A stretch of DNA of 64,000 bases from an uncultured Pirellulales bacterium (GCA_964482555.1 CAYZXY010000013.1:1225-65224), one strand, 5' to 3'. Positions 1-10,694 are shown, numbered from the stretch's first letter. Notes: generated by a model from the sequence alone, not told the origin. Numbers and translations: made by a program.

Positions 1-1
1 G

Positions 2-715
2 GTCGATCAGGGGTTTGATGTAATCGATCTGAATTTTGCCTGTCCGGCTCCCAAGGTGACAGAAAAAAAACGCGGAGGATTTCTTCTGACGCAACCTGCT
101 GCTGTTAAAAGGATTATGGCGGCCGTTCGAGAAGCGATTGCTTGTCCGCTGCTGATTAAGTTGCGTATCGGTTACGATACATCCAAAGAATCGAAAGATC
201 AAGTTATCCAGATTTGTCGCGATGCGCAACATCTTGGTATTGATGCACTTGTGGTTCATGGGCGCACGGTGTGTCAGCGATATCGTGTTCAGGCGAACTG
301 GCATGCTGTCGCGGAGTTCGCGAAGGAATTTCCCGGTGTAACCGTAATCGGCAGCGGTGATATTAATGAACCGGAAGACGCTATGAATAAAAGATTTACA
401 TACGGCATTGATGGTATTATCTTTGCCAGAGGAGCGATCGGCAATCCCTGGATTTTTCGGGAAGCCCGGGCCGTTATTATGGGCGAACCAAAGCCTGATC
501 CGCCTGATTTAGCCGAGCAGGGGGAGATTATACTCCGACATTTCGATATGATTCTGGATTTATACCCGATCCGTAAGGCAATCCCCTATTTCCGTAAATT
601 CTGCGTGTATTATTGCCGACGGCATCCTCGTCGAAAAAAGGTGCAGTATGACCTGCTCAAGGCGGTCGAGGTCGATGCTGTGCGTCATTTGATTTGTCAG
701 TGGTATGGATTGTGA
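2..715 (+). CDS. dus: tRNA-dihydrouridine synthase (5' end lies outside the window)
   Basis: The frame is open from nt 2. The translation VDQGFDVIDLNFACPAPKV matches the Dus IDxNxGCPxxKV motif, and the VVHGRT motif lies downstream. Confidence 0.85.
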   Translation, partial: VDQGFDVIDLNFACPAPKVTEKKRGGFLLTQPAAVKRIMAAVREAIACPLLIKLRIGYDTSKESKDQVIQICRDAQHLGIDALVVHGRTVCQRYRVQANWHAVAEFAKEFPGVTVIGSGDINEPEDAMNKRFTYGIDGIIFARGAIGNPWIFREARAVIMGEPKPDPPDLAEQGEIILRHFDMILDLYPIRKAIPYFRKFCVYYCRRHPRRKKVQYDLLKAVEVDAVRHLICQWYGL

Positions 716-823
716 CAGCTCGTTCATCTGTAAATGGCCGTGTGATAAGATGTTGCAATTAGTAATATTTTTATTGACCTTTGTGGGTTTCATGTTAAAA
801 TTCAAACTTTTACAAAATCAGGC

Positions 824-852
824 TTGCTTTACACCAGATGTTGCATTATATT
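824..852 (+). promoter_or_regulatory. putative sigma70-type promoter for tRNA-Tyr
   Basis: TTGCTT (824-829), a 17-nt spacer, then TATATT (847-852), about 45 nt upstream of the tRNA. Confidence 0.3.
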
Positions 853-897
853 GAAAAGCCCCACGTAAAGCGGGGTGACAAGTGAATAAGTTTTTCT

Positions 898-980
898 GGG
901 TCGGTGCCCGAGTGGCTAAAGGGAACGGGCTGTAAACCCGTTGGCGTGAGCCTACGTTGGTTCGAATCCAACCCGGCCCA
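898..980 (+). tRNA. tRNA-Tyr (anticodon GTA), class II with long variable arm
   Basis: Manual cloverleaf. Acceptor GGGTCGG/CCGGCCC (one G.U pair). Anticodon stem ACGGG/CCCGT with loop CTGTAAA. T arm GTTGG-TTCGAAT-CCAAC. The layout parallels E. coli tRNA-Tyr. No CCA is encoded. Confidence 0.9.
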
Positions 981-993
981 TATATGAATTAAT

Positions 994-1027
994 CCTGACT
1001 TGTAAGGTTTCAAGTCGGGTTTTTTTT
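994..1027 (+). terminator. rho-independent terminator after tRNA-Tyr
   Basis: Stem CCTGACTTG/CAAGTCGGG (one G.U pair) followed by a run of 8 T. Confidence 0.75.
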
Positions 1028-1046
1028 GCAATTATTTGTTGGCGGA

Positions 1047-1937
1047 TTATGTTTTATCGATGGGGTCGAGTCGGTACACCCTGAAATTTGAATAGATGTG
1101 ATGGGTTCCGACCATACGGAAACCGAAATAACCCTCGGTATAGGTCGGGAAATCATTGGTGGTATAAGTGGCGTCTTCAAGGGTGCGTTTGCCGTTTTTG
1201 CTGGTCAGGACCTGAACCTCGTCTCCATTCTGAAATTCATAAACGACCTTGCCGTCCACGATGTATTGAACAAGGTCTTCGCAGGCCACCAGTTGAATGG
1301 TATGTTTCTTATCCGGTTTGATGAGATAGTCGGGGTCGCCGTCGCGAAATTTAAGATGCAGGTGCGGATGAAAGCGATGGTTTTTTTCCCGCGGATAGAG
1401 GCGAAAACGTGTTGTTTGATTGCCTCTGGCGCCGCCGCCACCGGTACTGGCGTAGTAGCATTTGATTTTGTGATAATTCCCAAAGTAGCCGGTGTATTTT
1501 TTGCCGTTCAATAAGTCCTCCGCCCCTTCTGGTCCGTCCGCCATCCAGAAATTATTGATGTCGCGAACCTGGACGCCTTTCATATTGGTTCTTTCGGTCG
1601 GACTGACGACATCATACACGATAGCGACCGGTCCCTGGATTTTTTCGCGAAACCAGATTGTACAGCCCCGGCCGGGCATCATCGCATGGAGTTGATTATT
1701 CTCGAACCGGATTTCCGGCGGGGGGAAATCTCTTCGGTACTGGATTTGCGGCGCCCAGGCGTTCGGTTCATCGAAATCGCTTTTATGAAGCAATTCGCCT
1801 ACTTTAAAGCGGTCAACGCCATGTCCCAGAACCAGCGCCGAAAGTTTGTCTTTCGATTGCTTTTCGGCGTTTTCCTCAGAAAAACCGATGGATGGAAATA
1901 AGAATGAAAAGATAATGCCTAACGTCATTAATCGCAT
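1047..1937 (-). CDS. secreted concanavalin-like (jelly-roll) protein, DUF1961/DUF6250-like, function unknown
   Basis: The start is trimmed to the ATG at 1937, which has an AGGAGCG RBS and a signal-like N-terminus (MRLMTLGIIFSFLFPSIGFS). The family guess is from recall only. Confidence 0.55.
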   Translation of the reverse strand: MRLMTLGIIFSFLFPSIGFSEENAEKQSKDKLSALVLGHGVDRFKVGELLHKSDFDEPNAWAPQIQYRRDFPPPEIRFENNQLHAMMPGRGCTIWFREKIQGPVAIVYDVVSPTERTNMKGVQVRDINNFWMADGPEGAEDLLNGKKYTGYFGNYHKIKCYYASTGGGGARGNQTTRFRLYPREKNHRFHPHLHLKFRDGDPDYLIKPDKKHTIQLVACEDLVQYIVDGKVVYEFQNGDEVQVLTSKNGKRTLEDATYTTNDFPTYTEGYFGFRMVGTHHIYSNFRVYRLDPIDKT

Positions 1938-2314
1938 AAGACGCTCCTTTTTCAAGTTGGCGTTCGGGACAAATCCTCTTTTTTTGATCGTAGCATAAAA
2001 CGATTTAAGCTGAACAATAGAAATTATATCATCTGCTAGAAAGGGCGGCAAGGGTTAATGCCAGATTGCGAGACTAACACGAATGCCATGCTTAAAACTC
2101 TTTCCGCCTGTGACGAATTCATGTAAGCATGCCACCCGGGTAAGTCTCACTATTGATGATATAGTTATGCGCAAGTAGGTTTTACTCACAGGAACCTGGA
2201 GACTATTTCATCATCTTGTCGCAATAATGAATTTACATAATCGTTTGCCATGCTATACTTTACTGGCTGTTCATTTGCAGGTGAATTACCGGAAATATTG
2301 ACAGAAAGGATATT

Positions 2315-3361
2315 ATGAGTCAGGAAATGGAACAGGCCCGACGGCTGATTGACAACGCGCAGCGGGTCTTGATTACCTGTCATATTCGTCCAGACGGCGA
2401 TGCCGTCGGCAGTATTGCCGGTCTGAAACAGGCGGTCGAACTGTCGGCCCGGCAGCAGGGGCGGGAAAAAGAATTGCAACTGCTGTTGTTATCGAACCTG
2501 GGCGAAAACTATAGATTTCTCCTGCCGGATGGCACATGGATACTCCGGCACACGCTGGCGGAAGATGACCTCACGCCGGAGTTGCTGGATGGATTCGACC
2601 TGTTGATTATCTGCGATACCAGCGCCTACCGTCAGTTGGAGGGTATTGCGGATTATCTCAAAGAGCGGCAGAGGAAAGGAATGGCTGGCGGGCAATCAGC
2701 CGGGGCGATACTGGTCATCGATCATCATCTCAGCAGCGACGAGATCGGCCATTGCCGGGTCGTGGATACCAGTGTCGGAGCGGCAGGAGAACTGGTGTAT
2801 CGTCTGATTCAGCATGCCGGCTGGCCGATTGATCAGACGGCAGCGAATGCTCTTTTTACTGCGATCTCCACCGATACGGGATGGTTTCGTTTTGAAAATA
2901 CGAAGAAGGCGGCATTTGAAGTGGCGGCGGATCTGATGGCGGCCGGCGCTCGACCGGATGAACTGTATCAAAAACTGTTTCTGAATGACCCGCCGGAACG
3001 ATTGGAATTGATTAAACTGACGCTGGCAACGCTGGAACTGCATGCGGATGGAAAGCTGGCCGTGATGCATATTACTAATACCATGCTGGCGGAAGCCGGC
3101 GCTCATCGTACGCTGATCGAAAACATCGTGAACCTGCCGATGAGTATCGGGACGGTCGATGCGGTGGTGTTGATGGTGCAGGTTGATGGGGGCACGCGGT
3201 GCAGTCTGCGGAGTAAGAAGCTGCTGGATGTAGATAAGATTGCCCGGCGTTTTGGCGGCGGCGGCCATGCCCGGGCGGCCGGATTAACCGTTGATAAGGA
3301 TATAGAGTCTTTCAAGACGATTATTATCGGTGAGATGGCAAAGGAATTGGCAAATCGTTAA
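2315..3361 (+). CDS. nrnA: DHH/DHHA1 phosphoesterase (NrnA-type oligoribonuclease/pAp phosphatase)
   Basis: DHH motif HIRPDGDAVGS and DHHA1 motif FGGGGHARAAG. Confidence 0.85.
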   Translation: MSQEMEQARRLIDNAQRVLITCHIRPDGDAVGSIAGLKQAVELSARQQGREKELQLLLLSNLGENYRFLLPDGTWILRHTLAEDDLTPELLDGFDLLIICDTSAYRQLEGIADYLKERQRKGMAGGQSAGAILVIDHHLSSDEIGHCRVVDTSVGAAGELVYRLIQHAGWPIDQTAANALFTAISTDTGWFRFENTKKAAFEVAADLMAAGARPDELYQKLFLNDPPERLELIKLTLATLELHADGKLAVMHITNTMLAEAGAHRTLIENIVNLPMSIGTVDAVVLMVQVDGGTRCSLRSKKLLDVDKIARRFGGGGHARAAGLTVDKDIESFKTIIIGEMAKELANR

Positions 3362-3714
3362 AAAAAATGAAATTTGGCCAATAATCAGGTTGTCCCCGAC
3401 GTCTGACATGGCAATGGCGTTCAGATTTTATTTACTTAACATGTGTATCAGCTTATAATTCCAGACATATGCGGTGATTAATATGGTAATGCAGGAGACG
3501 CTTTGAATTAGTGACCGGCATAACTAATTTTAAAACCATAAGTTGCAGATTGTTCTATGAAGAATAATGTTTGAGGAGCCCGTTCTGCCGATCTGTTCAC
3601 TCCTCAGCTTACTGCAGGTTGCAGGCGGTCTAAATGAATTAACAGCAAAGACTTAAAAGCGTTACGTGGTCGAGAGCCGTGATTGTTCAGGAATGCAAAC
3701 AGGGTAGAGATTTC

Positions 3715-6201
3715 ATGATAAAGCGTATTGAGATAGTTTTATTATTTACAGTAGTTTATATCGGTTGTTTTTTTGTGGGCAGTGGTGTCGCCGCTTCCGA
3801 AGGAAAAGTAACACTCAGGCAAAGACCATTGCCGTCGGGGTCCGTGGCCAACATTGAGGGCTTCGTCGGACAGCGGATACGGGCTAATGCTGACAATTAC
3901 CTCAAGAAATTCGATATCGATAAATTTGTCGGTATGATGGAGTCGGCCAATCATCGCCAGTGGTGGTGGATCGGGGAACAGCCGGGAAAATGGCTGGAAA
4001 GTGCGGTGTTGGCAAGCCAGGCGTTGGAGGATGAACGACTCGAGGAGCAGGTGAAAACAGTTCTTAAGCGAATCGTTGGGGCGCAGAAAAGCGATGGCTA
4101 TCTCGGAATCACTCCGGCGAATATGCGAACGGAAGAGAAACCCTTACGGGGGATGGACCCCTATGAGCAGTATTTTACCTTTCATGGTTTGCTGACGGCT
4201 TACGAGGTTCTGGATGAGCCGGCGGCGCTGAAGGCGGCAAAACAGCTGGGCGATTATTATCTCAAGACAATAAACGACAACAATGCGGAATTCTGGCCCA
4301 GCCCATATCGGCCGCCGGATAATAAGAATAAGATTATCTGTCCCCAATATACCTGGGTACCGGAAGGAACCCCTGAAACGCCCAAATTGTATGTCCGGTC
4401 TGAGATAGCCGGTCACACGGCTCATTACGGATGGGAAGGCTCGCTGGTGATCGATCCGATGATGCGGCTCTATCAACATACCGGAGACGACCGCTATCTT
4501 AACTGGGTGCAATGGGTGGTATCGCGGCTGGATGACTGGAGCGGCTGGGATGCTTTTTCCCGGCTCGATCTGGTCGCCCGGGGAACGCTCGGTGTCCATC
4601 AACTGCAGCCGTACGTCCATTCGCATACCTTTCACATGAATTTTCTGGGTATGCTCCGGTTGTATCTGGTAACAGGCGATGAAAGCCTCCTGCGTAAGGT
4701 CGTCGGGGCCTGGGATGATATCCACCAGCGTCAGATTTATATTACCGGGGGCGTCAGCGTCGGCGAGCATTATGAACCGGGATACCGGCGGCCGCTGACC
4801 GGGCATGTCGTTGAGACGTGTGCAAATATGTCATGGCTGCAATTGAATCAGGCCCTGCTGGAACTGACCGGGCAAAGCCGCTATGCCGATACGGTTGAGC
4901 AACTGCTGATCAATCATCTCTTTGCCGCTCAGACTATTGACGGCGACTGCAACCGCTATCATACGCCGCCGAACGGCTTCAAACCGGACGATTATTTTCA
5001 CGGTCCCGATTGCTGTACAGGCAGTGGCCATCGGCAAATATCGCTGTTAAGCGGGGTGCTGTATGCTCAGGCAGACAATACAATCATCATCAATCAGTTC
5101 GTGCCGTCTCGGGCTTCTTTTGCGATTAACGGTATGCAGGTCATGATCGAAACCAAAACCCGTTATCCTGAGCAAGAGCATAGTCGCTGGACTGTTCGAT
5201 TGAAAGAGCCTGCGACGTTTGATGTACAGATTCGTTTGCCGGACTGGTGCCGGAATCCAAAGCTGACAATTAACGGCAAACCGCTGGCGGATCTTGCACC
5301 CGGGAGTTATGCTCATCTGCGGCGGTCATGGAAGCCAGGGGACTACATTGAATTAACGCTGCCGATGAACCTTCGCTGGGTAAGACACCGGCACTGGAGT
5401 GTGGAAAACGAAGGCGATGCTCCCTGGACGTTGATGCGAGGACCAGTGGTGTATGCTCTGGATACCGTCTGGTGGGACCAGTCCCGGACCGGCCTGGCGA
5501 TTCCTGAAATCGTGCAGCGGGAACTGGGTTTGCGGCGTGAGGTCAGGCCAAAGCCTCTGCCGGCCGGTGACCGGGCGCTGGGGCCGTTTTACGAAATTGG
5601 TGTCCGGCATGTCAACGGGAAGGAAACTACGGCAGTTATGGCCCCGTTCTGTAATATCGGCCGCTGGTACCGTGAGGCTGAGGATAAGCCGGATCGTAAA
5701 AGCCGGGCTTTTTCGTATGCCGTCTGGATGCCGGATGCCGGGAGCGATGTTTTTGCCGGTTATGTCGAGGACTATAAAAAAATGATGGCTCCTTTTCAGG
5801 ATGCCGTTGATTTTGTTCTGATCGGCAGCCGGACTTCTGAATGGGCCCATCAACTGAAGGGGCACGGCAGCAACACCGGCCAATTTAAAGGTAAAAATTT
5901 CCGGGATGTAAAAAACGGCTGGTTTTCCTACCGATTGGAAGTTATGCCGGACAAACCTAATCATTTATGCTGTACGTACTGGGGCGGCGAAAAGAATAAA
6001 AGGGAATTCGATATTCTGGTGGATGATCGTATCATTGCTTCCGAAACGCTGTATCAGAACAAGCCGGATGAATTTTTTGCCGTCACCTATCCAATTCCGC
6101 GGGAATATACCCGGGGTAAAAAGCATATTATCGTGACATTCAGGGCCCATCCCGGCAGCATGGCCGGCGGCCTGTTCGGATTGAAAATATCTAAACCGTA
6201 A
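3715..6201 (+). CDS. glycoside hydrolase, GH127-like (DUF1680, beta-L-arabinofuranosidase family)
   Basis: Long ORF 3679-6201. The ATG at 3715 gives a signal/TM-like N-terminus. The size and the Cys-rich central region (CCTGSGH) fit my recollection of GH127. Not searched. Confidence 0.7.
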   Translation: MIKRIEIVLLFTVVYIGCFFVGSGVAASEGKVTLRQRPLPSGSVANIEGFVGQRIRANADNYLKKFDIDKFVGMMESANHRQWWWIGEQPGKWLESAVLASQALEDERLEEQVKTVLKRIVGAQKSDGYLGITPANMRTEEKPLRGMDPYEQYFTFHGLLTAYEVLDEPAALKAAKQLGDYYLKTINDNNAEFWPSPYRPPDNKNKIICPQYTWVPEGTPETPKLYVRSEIAGHTAHYGWEGSLVIDPMMRLYQHTGDDRYLNWVQWVVSRLDDWSGWDAFSRLDLVARGTLGVHQLQPYVHSHTFHMNFLGMLRLYLVTGDESLLRKVVGAWDDIHQRQIYITGGVSVGEHYEPGYRRPLTGHVVETCANMSWLQLNQALLELTGQSRYADTVEQLLINHLFAAQTIDGDCNRYHTPPNGFKPDDYFHGPDCCTGSGHRQISLLSGVLYAQADNTIIINQFVPSRASFAINGMQVMIETKTRYPEQEHSRWTVRLKEPATFDVQIRLPDWCRNPKLTINGKPLADLAPGSYAHLRRSWKPGDYIELTLPMNLRWVRHRHWSVENEGDAPWTLMRGPVVYALDTVWWDQSRTGLAIPEIVQRELGLRREVRPKPLPAGDRALGPFYEIGVRHVNGKETTAVMAPFCNIGRWYREAEDKPDRKSRAFSYAVWMPDAGSDVFAGYVEDYKKMMAPFQDAVDFVLIGSRTSEWAHQLKGHGSNTGQFKGKNFRDVKNGWFSYRLEVMPDKPNHLCCTYWGGEKNKREFDILVDDRIIASETLYQNKPDEFFAVTYPIPREYTRGKKHIIVTFRAHPGSMAGGLFGLKISKP

Positions 6202-6246
6202 ACCTGTCATTGTGCGTGACAACTCATATCACTGGAAAGGATATTT

Positions 6247-8742
6247 ATGAACACTCGGAAACGTTTCAAGGGATTGATTGTTATCAGTTTTTTATTGCTG
6301 GTCGTTATAAGCGGCATTTCTTATGCGAATAACAGGATTGACATTACCGTCAGGGCTGATAAACCGACGGTGGAGATCAGCCCGATGCTGTATGGACTCT
6401 TTTTCGAGGATATTAACTATGCGGCTGACGGCGGGATTTATGCGGAAATGGTGCAGAACCGGTCCTTTGAATATTATCCCGTACAGGGCTGGGATCCGCT
6501 GCGGAACAAGTTTAAACCGCTGTATGCCTGGAAGAAAGTCGAAAAGGGTGAAGGAGCATGTGATATCTCCGTGGAAGATAAGAATCCGCTGCATAAAAAC
6601 AATCCGCATTATCTGAAAGTTCGTGTCACACAGGCCGGCGACGGCGTCGGTGTCAGCAATGCCGGTTATGATGGCATCAGCATTAAGCGGGGAGCCGGTT
6701 ACCGGTTTTCATTTTATGCCCGCCGGGACGCTGACCATGACGAGCCGTTTCATGTCAAGCTGGTGAGCGAAGACGGGGTGATATATGGTTCAGCCGTCAT
6801 TAACGGCATTAGCGGCGAATGGCAGAAATATGAAGTTATGCTGGCGTCAAACGGTACGGATGACGCTGCCCGGCTGGAAGTGACAACTGGCGGCAGCGGC
6901 AATGTTTATCTGGACATGATCTCCCTGTTCCCGTTGCGAACCTATAAAGGGCGGGAAAACGGTCTGCGGCCCGATCTGGTTCAGGCTCTGGCGGATATGA
7001 AGCCGGCGTTCCTCCGCTTCCCGGGCGGCTGCATCGTGCATGGGCATGGCCTCGATAACACCTATCGCTGGAAAGATACCGTCGGCGACGTTGCCCATCG
7101 CAAGCCCAACTGGAACCTCTGGGGCTATCATCAGACTTACGGCCTGGGTTTTTACGAGTATTTTCTGTTGAGCGAAGATATCGGTGCCGAGCCGCTGCCG
7201 GTGCTCTCCGTCGGCGTTACCTGTGGATTCCGTCCGCCGTTTCAGACCGCTTCGCTGGATGAGATGCAGCCGTGGATCGATGATGCACTGGACCTGATCG
7301 AGTTTGCCAATGGGCCCGTCAGCAGCGAGTGGGGCGGTCTGCGGGCCCGGATGGGGCATCCCGAGCCGTTCAATATGAAATACATCTGTCTGGGAAATGA
7401 AGACCACGACCGGGTAGTTTTCCGTGTGCGCTGTAAAATGATCGTTGAGGCCATCCGTGAAAAGTATCCAGAGATGAAAATTATCGGCACTTCGGGCCTG
7501 GGACCGACCATTCCGCTGTATCCATATATGGCTGAACTGGATGTCTATGCATCGGATGAACATTATTACAGGCCGCCGACCTGGTATATCAGCAACCAGT
7601 ATCGCTTTGATTCAATCGACAGGGACAAACCGAAGGTTTTTGTGGGCGAATACGCCTCTAAGGGCAACGCCATGCTGAACGCCGTAGCGGAAGCGGCGTA
7701 TTTGACCGGGGTCGAACGCAACAGCGATATTGTCGCCCTGACCTGTTACGCTCCGATGCTGGCGAATGTGCATCATACGCAGTGGAAGCCGGCCAATCTG
7801 ATCTGGTTTGACAAGGAAACAGTGGTCCGCACCCCGAATTATCATGTCCAGAAACTGTTCAATGAGAACCGGGGGGACATCTATTTGCACAACAGCAAAG
7901 AAGATGGCGCTCCCAAAAACGTTATTTCTGGCGGGGTCGGCGTGGGTTGCTGGAGCACCAGAGCCGAATTCAGCGATCTGAAGCTGAAGAACGATACTGA
8001 CGAAATGATACATTATTCGCTTGATCCCGGCGATTTCGGGCTGGACTGGAAGGTTATCAAAGGGACATTTCGTATCCGAGACCATACACTCCTGCAGCCC
8101 GATACCGATAAAACCCCGGCTATGTGCGTCAGCCGCCGGCAGTTCAATGATGATAATCTGGAAATCAGCCTGCGAGCCCGCAAACTGGCCGGCAGTGAAG
8201 GTTTCCTGATCATATTCGGGTATGAGGATGAGAACAACTACTACTGGTGGAATGTCGGTGGTTTTACCAACAGCCAACATGTCATTATGAAAATGGAAAA
8301 CGGCGAGAAAGAACAGCTCGTCCAAATGAATGGTTCCGTCAAATCCAACCAGTGGTACGATCTGAAAATCCGTCTCGAAGGCGACAGAATCCGCTGTTAT
8401 CTCAATAATGACATGATACATGACATTCGTGTCGGCTCTCCCGAAATCGGCGTTTCGAGCACTTATGACAGGGACGCCGGAGAAATCATTCTCAAAATCG
8501 CTAATCCGTTCGAACAGGACCGCGAAGCCCGGATTCAACTCCACGGTGTTAAGAGTATCATCCCGGAAGCAAAACTCACTATTATTCAGGGCGATAAGGA
8601 TGACGAAAACAGCATCGATAATCCTGAAAAGTTGTTCCCCGTCGAGGAGACCATATCTGTCAGCCCTGCGTTCGATTACAAGATTCCGGCCATGTCCGTA
8701 CAGGTGATTCGCATCAAGGTGAATGACAAGCTGGATATGTGA
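6247..8742 (+). CDS. alpha-L-arabinofuranosidase, GH51-like with extra C-terminal beta-sandwich region
   Basis: Signal peptide present. LRFPGGC and ICLGNE motifs are typical of GH51. RBS is GAAAGGA. Confidence 0.75.
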   Translation: MNTRKRFKGLIVISFLLLVVISGISYANNRIDITVRADKPTVEISPMLYGLFFEDINYAADGGIYAEMVQNRSFEYYPVQGWDPLRNKFKPLYAWKKVEKGEGACDISVEDKNPLHKNNPHYLKVRVTQAGDGVGVSNAGYDGISIKRGAGYRFSFYARRDADHDEPFHVKLVSEDGVIYGSAVINGISGEWQKYEVMLASNGTDDAARLEVTTGGSGNVYLDMISLFPLRTYKGRENGLRPDLVQALADMKPAFLRFPGGCIVHGHGLDNTYRWKDTVGDVAHRKPNWNLWGYHQTYGLGFYEYFLLSEDIGAEPLPVLSVGVTCGFRPPFQTASLDEMQPWIDDALDLIEFANGPVSSEWGGLRARMGHPEPFNMKYICLGNEDHDRVVFRVRCKMIVEAIREKYPEMKIIGTSGLGPTIPLYPYMAELDVYASDEHYYRPPTWYISNQYRFDSIDRDKPKVFVGEYASKGNAMLNAVAEAAYLTGVERNSDIVALTCYAPMLANVHHTQWKPANLIWFDKETVVRTPNYHVQKLFNENRGDIYLHNSKEDGAPKNVISGGVGVGCWSTRAEFSDLKLKNDTDEMIHYSLDPGDFGLDWKVIKGTFRIRDHTLLQPDTDKTPAMCVSRRQFNDDNLEISLRARKLAGSEGFLIIFGYEDENNYYWWNVGGFTNSQHVIMKMENGEKEQLVQMNGSVKSNQWYDLKIRLEGDRIRCYLNNDMIHDIRVGSPEIGVSSTYDRDAGEIILKIANPFEQDREARIQLHGVKSIIPEAKLTIIQGDKDDENSIDNPEKLFPVEETISVSPAFDYKIPAMSVQVIRIKVNDKLDM

Positions 8743-8889
8743 GCTTTCGATTCTGAGATTATCGTTTGAATAATCTGGGAGAAGCAATGAAGAAGTATGT
8801 GTTTGTAATAATGTACTGATGCTGATAGCCGCAGCTGAGGCGGCGGTCGATAATGACGGGCAAACTTTCAGCGGCTCCGTCTGGAGATT

Positions 8890-8994
8890 TATACGCGTTC
8901 CGATTGAAAATTCCCGTTTTGCCTAAACGTAGCTATGTGCGGACCAAGTCTTTACGGCTGGCCCTGGCGGGAATTCTCATACCCTTTGGGTATA
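8890..8994 (+). repeat. family-1 interspersed repeat, forward orientation, subfamily with ...GGCCCTGGCGGGAATTCTCATACCCTTTGGGTATA end
   Basis: 105 nt running TATACGCGTTCCGATTGAAAA...GGGTATA. Near-identical 3' half to the copy at 40816-40920. Confidence 0.9.
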
Positions 8995-9044
8995 TTAATG
9001 CCCGGTGCAGTAAGTTGTTCGATTATCTAACCGGCTCATACCAA

Positions 9045-9106
9045 AAAACCGGCCCTGAAATATTTGTTTATACTCATTCCGATGTGTATATCTCGGGGCC
9101 GGTTTT
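9045..9106. terminator. 11-bp inverted repeat (AAAACCGGCCC/GGGCCGGTTTT) between convergent genes; possible bidirectional terminator with an atypically long loop
   Basis: The arms are at 9045-9055 and 9096-9106. A run precedes and a T run follows the arms. The 40-nt loop contains a family-1 5'-end fragment (TATACTCATTCCGATGTG, 9069-9086). Confidence 0.35.
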
Positions 9107-9125
9107 ATATTTGACGTTTTGGCCT

Positions 9126-10694
9126 TTAAAGCTCAAAACCCTCATGCAGTGACGTATCGAATCCGACGATCTTGAATGTGTACGCATGTTTACATTGGTG
9201 TTTCGTGTTCTCCAGGTCGGGAACATGAATGACCAGATTCTGCGCACCGTTGATCTCATATCCAACCGTTCCCTCAAATCCCAACAGCGAAACTTTGGCA
9301 TTGCTCCCGGCCTTCGCCTTGACGGCATTAAGTGTCACTTTGCTACCCGCTGGTTTGCCCATCACCATGGCATAAAGGTTTTTTCCGTCCTTGGTTCGTG
9401 TATAACGGATATCCTTAGCCGAATAGGTAACATGGCCGACGAAACCACCATGTTTTTTCAACCGGGTCGGTCCTTCCCCGAAACAATGCCACGGCCGCGT
9501 ATTGAAAATCGCCTCGCCGTTGATCTTGAGCCATTGCCCCATATCCAGCAGCACCTGCCGTTGATTATCCGGAATCGTACCATCCGCTTTCGGCGAGATG
9601 TTCAGCAGCAGACAACCATTCTTACTGACAATATCGATAAAATCATGAATCACTTTGGTTGAAGATTTGACTTCCAGGTCCGTGGTATAGCTCCAGCTCC
9701 CCATACTGATTGTATCATCCGTCAGCCACATATAATCAGTCAGCGTATTGGCCCGGCCCTTTTCGAAATCCTGTACCGAAATCTCCGGCGGATACTGCTT
9801 CTTCTTCGTCGTAACCACCACATCCCGTCCCCATTTCTTCGCATTATTGAAATAATAGGACAGAAAACGAAGGTGATAAGGATTCTGAATATATTCCATC
9901 CGTCCGTCGAACCAGATCAGATCCGGTTTATATTTATCGATCACTTCCGCCAGTTTGGCCACAAAGATTTTGTTGAACAGTTCATCCGAAACATTCAAAT
10001 ACATCAACTGCAGTTTGGGATCGTCGCTGGTCGTCGGCCAGCCTTCAACACGCGGATACCAGTATTTCGTCCGTTCATGGTGAAACGTCGTCACGAACCT
10101 CATGCCGCGTTTACGAATCGCCTTTTCCAGTTCCCCGGTAATATCGCGTTTCGGCCCCGTATCCGCCGCATTCCAGGGCGTCATGTCGCTGTCCCACATC
10201 GAATACCCATCATGATGTTCGCACACCGGACCGGCATACCGGGCACCGGCTTGTTTGAAAAGTTCCGCCCATTCCTCCGCGTCGAAATGCTCCGCCTTGA
10301 ACATCGGCACAAAATCATGATACCCGAACTTGTCCGGTTCCCCGTACGTCTTGATATGGTGTTCCATGTATCGTTTGTTCTGCCTTTTAGAGTGCATCCA
10401 TTTCGGATACCATTCATTGCCGTATGCCGGCACTGAATAGACGCCCCAGTGAAAATAGATCCCAAACTTGGCGTCCCGAAACCACTCAGGAGCTTCGTCA
10501 TGCTTTTTCAGACTTTCCCAGTTCGCTTTATACGGTCCTGCTTTGATGCCTTCCTCAACTTTTTCAAGTTTCTCGTTGATATTATTTTCGTAACGCTCCC
10601 GGTCGAACGCCTGGGCCATCGGCGCCGAAAACAATACCGCCAGTCCTGCCGCCACCAGCGATTCAAACCAATGTAAATGTCTTGTCTGCTTCAT
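9126..10694 (-). CDS. alpha-L-fucosidase (GH29)
   Basis: AKFGIYFHWGVYSVPAYGNEWYPKWM motif. The start is trimmed to the ATG at 10694, which has an AGGAG RBS and a signal peptide (MKQTRHLHWFESLVAAGLAVLFSAPMAQA). Confidence 0.9.
   Translation of the reverse strand: MKQTRHLHWFESLVAAGLAVLFSAPMAQAFDRERYENNINEKLEKVEEGIKAGPYKANWESLKKHDEAPEWFRDAKFGIYFHWGVYSVPAYGNEWYPKWMHSKRQNKRYMEHHIKTYGEPDKFGYHDFVPMFKAEHFDAEEWAELFKQAGARYAGPVCEHHDGYSMWDSDMTPWNAADTGPKRDITGELEKAIRKRGMRFVTTFHHERTKYWYPRVEGWPTTSDDPKLQLMYLNVSDELFNKIFVAKLAEVIDKYKPDLIWFDGRMEYIQNPYHLRFLSYYFNNAKKWGRDVVVTTKKKQYPPEISVQDFEKGRANTLTDYMWLTDDTISMGSWSYTTDLEVKSSTKVIHDFIDIVSKNGCLLLNISPKADGTIPDNQRQVLLDMGQWLKINGEAIFNTRPWHCFGEGPTRLKKHGGFVGHVTYSAKDIRYTRTKDGKNLYAMVMGKPAGSKVTLNAVKAKAGSNAKVSLLGFEGTVGYEINGAQNLVIHVPDLENTKHQCKHAYTFKIVGFDTSLHEGFEL

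Noticed and set aside
8853-9152. Small ORFs in the track that run through the repeats (8853-9152, 40830-41090, 30582-30842, 23423-23926, 54244-54483, 50310-50648) and share peptide strings such as IPVLxKRxYVRTK...LALAGILIPFGY or ADKKLTPGP.
   Set aside because: The shared peptides are just translations of the family-1 DNA repeat. The consensus has an in-frame stop (ACG TAA) in that frame, the copies occur in both orientations, and there are no RBSs. They are not protein-coding.
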